A stretch of 64,000 bases of DNA from Chloroflexia bacterium. GTDB lineage: Bacteria > Chloroflexota > Chloroflexia > QHBQ01 > JAICKM01. Numbering within the stretch: position 1 is the stretch's first letter; each line of letters starts with the position of its first letter. Positions 61,889 through 64,000 of the stretch are shown here, one piece after another. Both the position numbers and the translations under genes were made by a program. The stretch spans positions 15,768 to 79,767 of the forward strand of contig JBPCPV010000029.1 of assembly GCA_050998805.1 (NCBI GenBank), read 5' to 3'. The notes beneath the pieces are model-generated. The model was not told the DNA's origin. It worked only from the letters and a program-made list of their open reading frames with translations, and did no database searches.

Positions 61889-63796
61889 CTATCTCCACCC
61901 AAGCCGCCCCGCTGTCTCCTCTGCCGCCTTGCCGACGGCAGTGGGCGTGGCGTGGGGCAGGTAGAGATAGCGCGCGGCGAGGGTCTGGGCCAGGGCAGGG
62001 GCCTCGCCCGCAGATAGGTAGCGGAGGCGGGTGTCGATCACCAGCGTTGCGGCTGCCCCGCGAGCCGAGAGCGTAGCCCAGCGTCCCGCGAGCGCAACGA
62101 CCTCGGCGGCGATGCCTTGGGGCGTGGGCGGGGCAGCCAACGGCACATTCGCCCGCCCGTCGGTCAGCAGCACAAGTAGCGTGTGCCCATAGCCGCCGGG
62201 GCCTGCCCGCACTGCCACCTCCAGGCCGAGCGCCAGCGCCGAAGCCAGCGGTGTGCCGCCCCCTGCAGGCAGGCTCTCCAGCAGGCGGCGGGCGCGCGCA
62301 GACGAGCGCGTCGGCGGAAGCAGCAGCCCCGCCTCCGGCCCCCGTATGCCGATCAGCGCCACCCGATCGCGCCGGAGGTAGGCGCGTTCGAGCAGCAGCA
62401 ACGCAGCTCCCTTCGCCGGTCCCAGCCGGTTGCGCGCCATCGAGCCGCTCGCGTCCACCGCCAGCACAAACAGCACTCCCGCCGGTGCCTCCGGCGTCCG
62501 CCACCGCAGATCCTCGGCCCGCAGGACGAACTTACCTCCATCCTCCGATTGCGGAGTGCGGAGTGCGGATTGCGGAGTACGAGGTCCCACGTCCCAGGCG
62601 CTAATCGATGCGTAGTCTGCACTCCGCAATCCGCGATCCGCAATCCGCCAAGCCGCCGCCTCCAACGTCGCCGACACGTCGAGTGTCGCCCCCCGGGGCC
62701 GGCGTCTATCTGCCCGAGCCGGCCCCGGCCTGCCGTGCCGCGCCGGCAGTAGCCTCCGCTCCCCGGCCATCCGCCCCGCGCCGACCTCGCCTGTCCACCC
62801 GCCGTTCCGCCTCCCCGCCGGGTTCGGCAAAGCATCCCTCGGCAGAAGCGCCGCCTGCGCCCCGATCAGCCGCTCGACGAGTGCGGAGTGCGGAGTGCGG
62901 AGTGCGGAGTCACCCTCGCTGTCATTCTGAGCGCCGCCACTGTCATTCTGAGCGTAGCGAAGAATCTCCGCCGACGGTTGACGGTTGACGGCTGACGGCT
63001 GACCGCCTGCGCGCGGCGCGAGGACGAAGGCGACCGCCAGATCGAGGTCCACGTCCTCGACAACGGCGCGGCCGGCCAGCGTGGCGACGGCGCGGGCGGC
63101 GCGGGCCGCGAGGTAATCCGCGCGCAGCCCCGTCACGCCGAGGCGCATGGCTACGGCGGCGAGCACGGCGATCTGGTCGTCGGCGATTGCTGCGTAGTGC
63201 GTAGTGCGTAGTGCGTAGTGCGGATTGAGGGGCACTGACGGCTGCTCGCTAACGGCTGCTCGCTGACGGCTGCTCGCTGATTGCTGAATGCGCCCGTCGC
63301 CATATTCCGCACTCCGCACTCCGCACTCCGCAATCGGTAGCCAGAGTCCGGCCTGCTCGAGCAGCGAAGGGTAGCGGGACGGCGCGGCTGTGAGCAGGAG
63401 GAGGCGGGTGGGGTGCCGGGCGCTCAGGCCGTCGCGCTCTAGCTGAACAGCGCCGTGCCGGAGGGCGGCGGTGAGCGGGGCCACGATTTCGGTCGGCAGG
63501 AGATCCGGGTCGGGCAGCCATAGCACGCCGCCGTCGTGGGCCGCGAGCAGGCCGGGGCGGACGACGCGCCGTCCCTGCCGGAGCGTGGCGTCGAGGTCGA
63601 GGCCGCCGAGCATCTGGTCGGGTGCGATGCCCACGGGCAGGCGCAAGACGCGGGCTTGAGGGCCGAGGGCAGCCGCGAGGCTGGCGGCGGCTTCGCCCAG
63701 CTCCCAGCCGTCGCCGCCGAGCAGGGCAAGTCCGCCGAGGGCGGGGTCGAGCGCGAGCATGGCGAGGGCGGTTTCGAGCGAGAGGTCGGGCGTCAT
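61889..63796 (-). CDS. Mg-chelatase subunit D-like protein (degenerate AAA+ N-domain + C-terminal VWA domain) carrying three in-frame heptamer-repeat insertions
   Basis: N-term AAA-like, lid helix GLRADYLAARAARAVATLAGR..., C-terminal VLFVLAVDASGSMA...GGTPLASAL...LTDGRAN VWA/MIDAS; translationally coupled (ATGA) to the upstream chlI/bchI-like gene. Confidence 0.7.
   Translation of the reverse strand: MTPDLSLETALAMLALDPALGGLALLGGDGWELGEAAASLAAALGPQARVLRLPVGIAPDQMLGGLDLDATLRQGRRVVRPGLLAAHDGGVLWLPDPDLLPTEIVAPLTAALRHGAVQLERDGLSARHPTRLLLLTAAPSRYPSLLEQAGLWLPIAECGVRSAEYGDGRIQQSASSRQRAAVSEQPSVPLNPHYALRTTHYAAIADDQIAVLAAVAMRLGVTGLRADYLAARAARAVATLAGRAVVEDVDLDLAVAFVLAPRAGGQPSAVNRQPSAEILRYAQNDSGGAQNDSEGDSALRTPHSALVERLIGAQAALLPRDALPNPAGRRNGGWTGEVGAGRMAGERRLLPARHGRPGPARADRRRPRGATLDVSATLEAAAWRIADRGLRSADYASISAWDVGPRTPQSALRTPQSEDGGKFVLRAEDLRWRTPEAPAGVLFVLAVDASGSMARNRLGPAKGAALLLLERAYLRRDRVALIGIRGPEAGLLLPPTRSSARARRLLESLPAGGGTPLASALALGLEVAVRAGPGGYGHTLLVLLTDGRANVPLAAPPTPQGIAAEVVALAGRWATLSARGAAATLVIDTRLRYLSAGEAPALAQTLAARYLYLPHATPTAVGKAAEETAGRLGWR
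62556..62658. repeat. composite heptamer-repeat block with inverted arms (GATTGCG/GAGTGCG x5 ... GCACTCC/GCAATCC x4) inside the chelatase-D-like ORF
   Basis: direct reading; arms are reverse complements, giving hairpin potential. Confidence 0.7.
62878..63004. repeat. composite repeat block (GAGTGCG x4; 14-nt direct repeat tgtcattctgagcg x2; GACGGTT/GACGGCT x4) inside the chelatase-D-like ORF
   Basis: direct reading of the sequence. Confidence 0.7.
63186..63340. repeat. composite repeat block (GCGTAGT x4; 14-mer gacggctgctcgct x3; CCGCACT x3) inside the chelatase-D-like ORF, splitting the AAA core from its lid
   Basis: direct reading of the sequence. Confidence 0.7.
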
Positions 63797-64000
63797 GGCG
63801 AGAAGATGCCGTCCAGCATTTCGGCCACCCGCTCCCCGCCGTCAAGCGGGTCGAGCGGTCCACGGCGCAGGCGGTGGCGGAGCGCCGGAACCGCGACGCG
63901 CCGCACATCGGTGGCTTCGGCTTCTCTGCGGCCTTCGAGCGCGGCCATGGCGCAACCGGCGCGCGCGATCGTGATCTCGCCGCGGTGCCCGTCCACGCCG
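63793..64000 (-). CDS. Mg-chelatase ATPase subunit I-like protein (ChlI/BchI family), 3' end only (gene continues beyond the window)
   Basis: C-terminal lid ITIARAGCAMAALEGRREAEATDVRRVAVPALRHRLRRGPLDPLD matches ChlI/BchI C-termini. Confidence 0.65.
   Translation of the reverse strand, partial: GVDGHRGEITIARAGCAMAALEGRREAEATDVRRVAVPALRHRLRRGPLDPLDGGERVAEMLDGIFSP

Noticed and set aside
60464-61902. 301-aa and 379-aa minus-strand ORFs
   Set aside because: Antisense to the AI-2E transporter and GNAT genes.
62556-63340. CRISPR array
   Set aside because: Repeat units are only 7-14 nt, tandem without unique spacers of 25-40 nt, and lie inside an open reading frame; no cas genes nearby.
63249-63908. 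219-aa minus-strand ORF rich in Arg/Pro
   Set aside because: Alternative frame of the chelatase D/I region; the in-frame chelatase reading has conserved motifs, this one has none.

Overview
High-GC (roughly two-thirds G+C by eye) bacterial chromosomal segment, gene-dense on both strands. Pro/Thr-rich linkers in many secreted proteins, F420-dependent enzymes and a DarA-type PII protein suggest a Chloroflexota-like or similar high-GC Terrabacteria origin; the taxon is inferred only. Well-supported housekeeping genes include rpsF-ssb-rpsR, rpsP-KH-rimM, guaB, birA, rdgB, a thiolase, an aldehyde dehydrogenase, a GH38 alpha-mannosidase, a Ski2/HelY-like helicase, an ABC exporter pair, and a bchI/bchD-type Mg-chelatase pair at the 3' end. 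Features worth a second look are: (1) a 95-nt tRNA-Sec (selC) candidate at 20124-20218, followed by a ~2 kb low-GC islet carrying a Dam-family MTase, a convergent putative PD-(D/E)xK restriction enzyme and an orphan Phd/YefM antitoxin-like gene; (2) a tightly coupled operon at 28494-31166(-33072) encoding a NERD+OST-HTH protein, a HipA-like kinase-fold protein, a DUF3037 protein and an S9 peptidase, a candidate uncharacterised defence or toxin-like module; (3) families of heptanucleotide tandem repeats (GAGTGCG/CGCACTC, CGTAGTG, GACGGYT, GGTCAGT) scattered in intergenic regions, and three composite repeat blocks inserted in-frame into the Mg-chelatase D-like gene; (4) an orphan Hcp/TssD-like gene with a near-consensus promoter and no T6SS neighbours; (5) a 480-nt low-GC, highly structured convergent intergenic region at 42534-43015. 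Many long ORFs in the six-frame track are antisense GC artefacts and were rejected.
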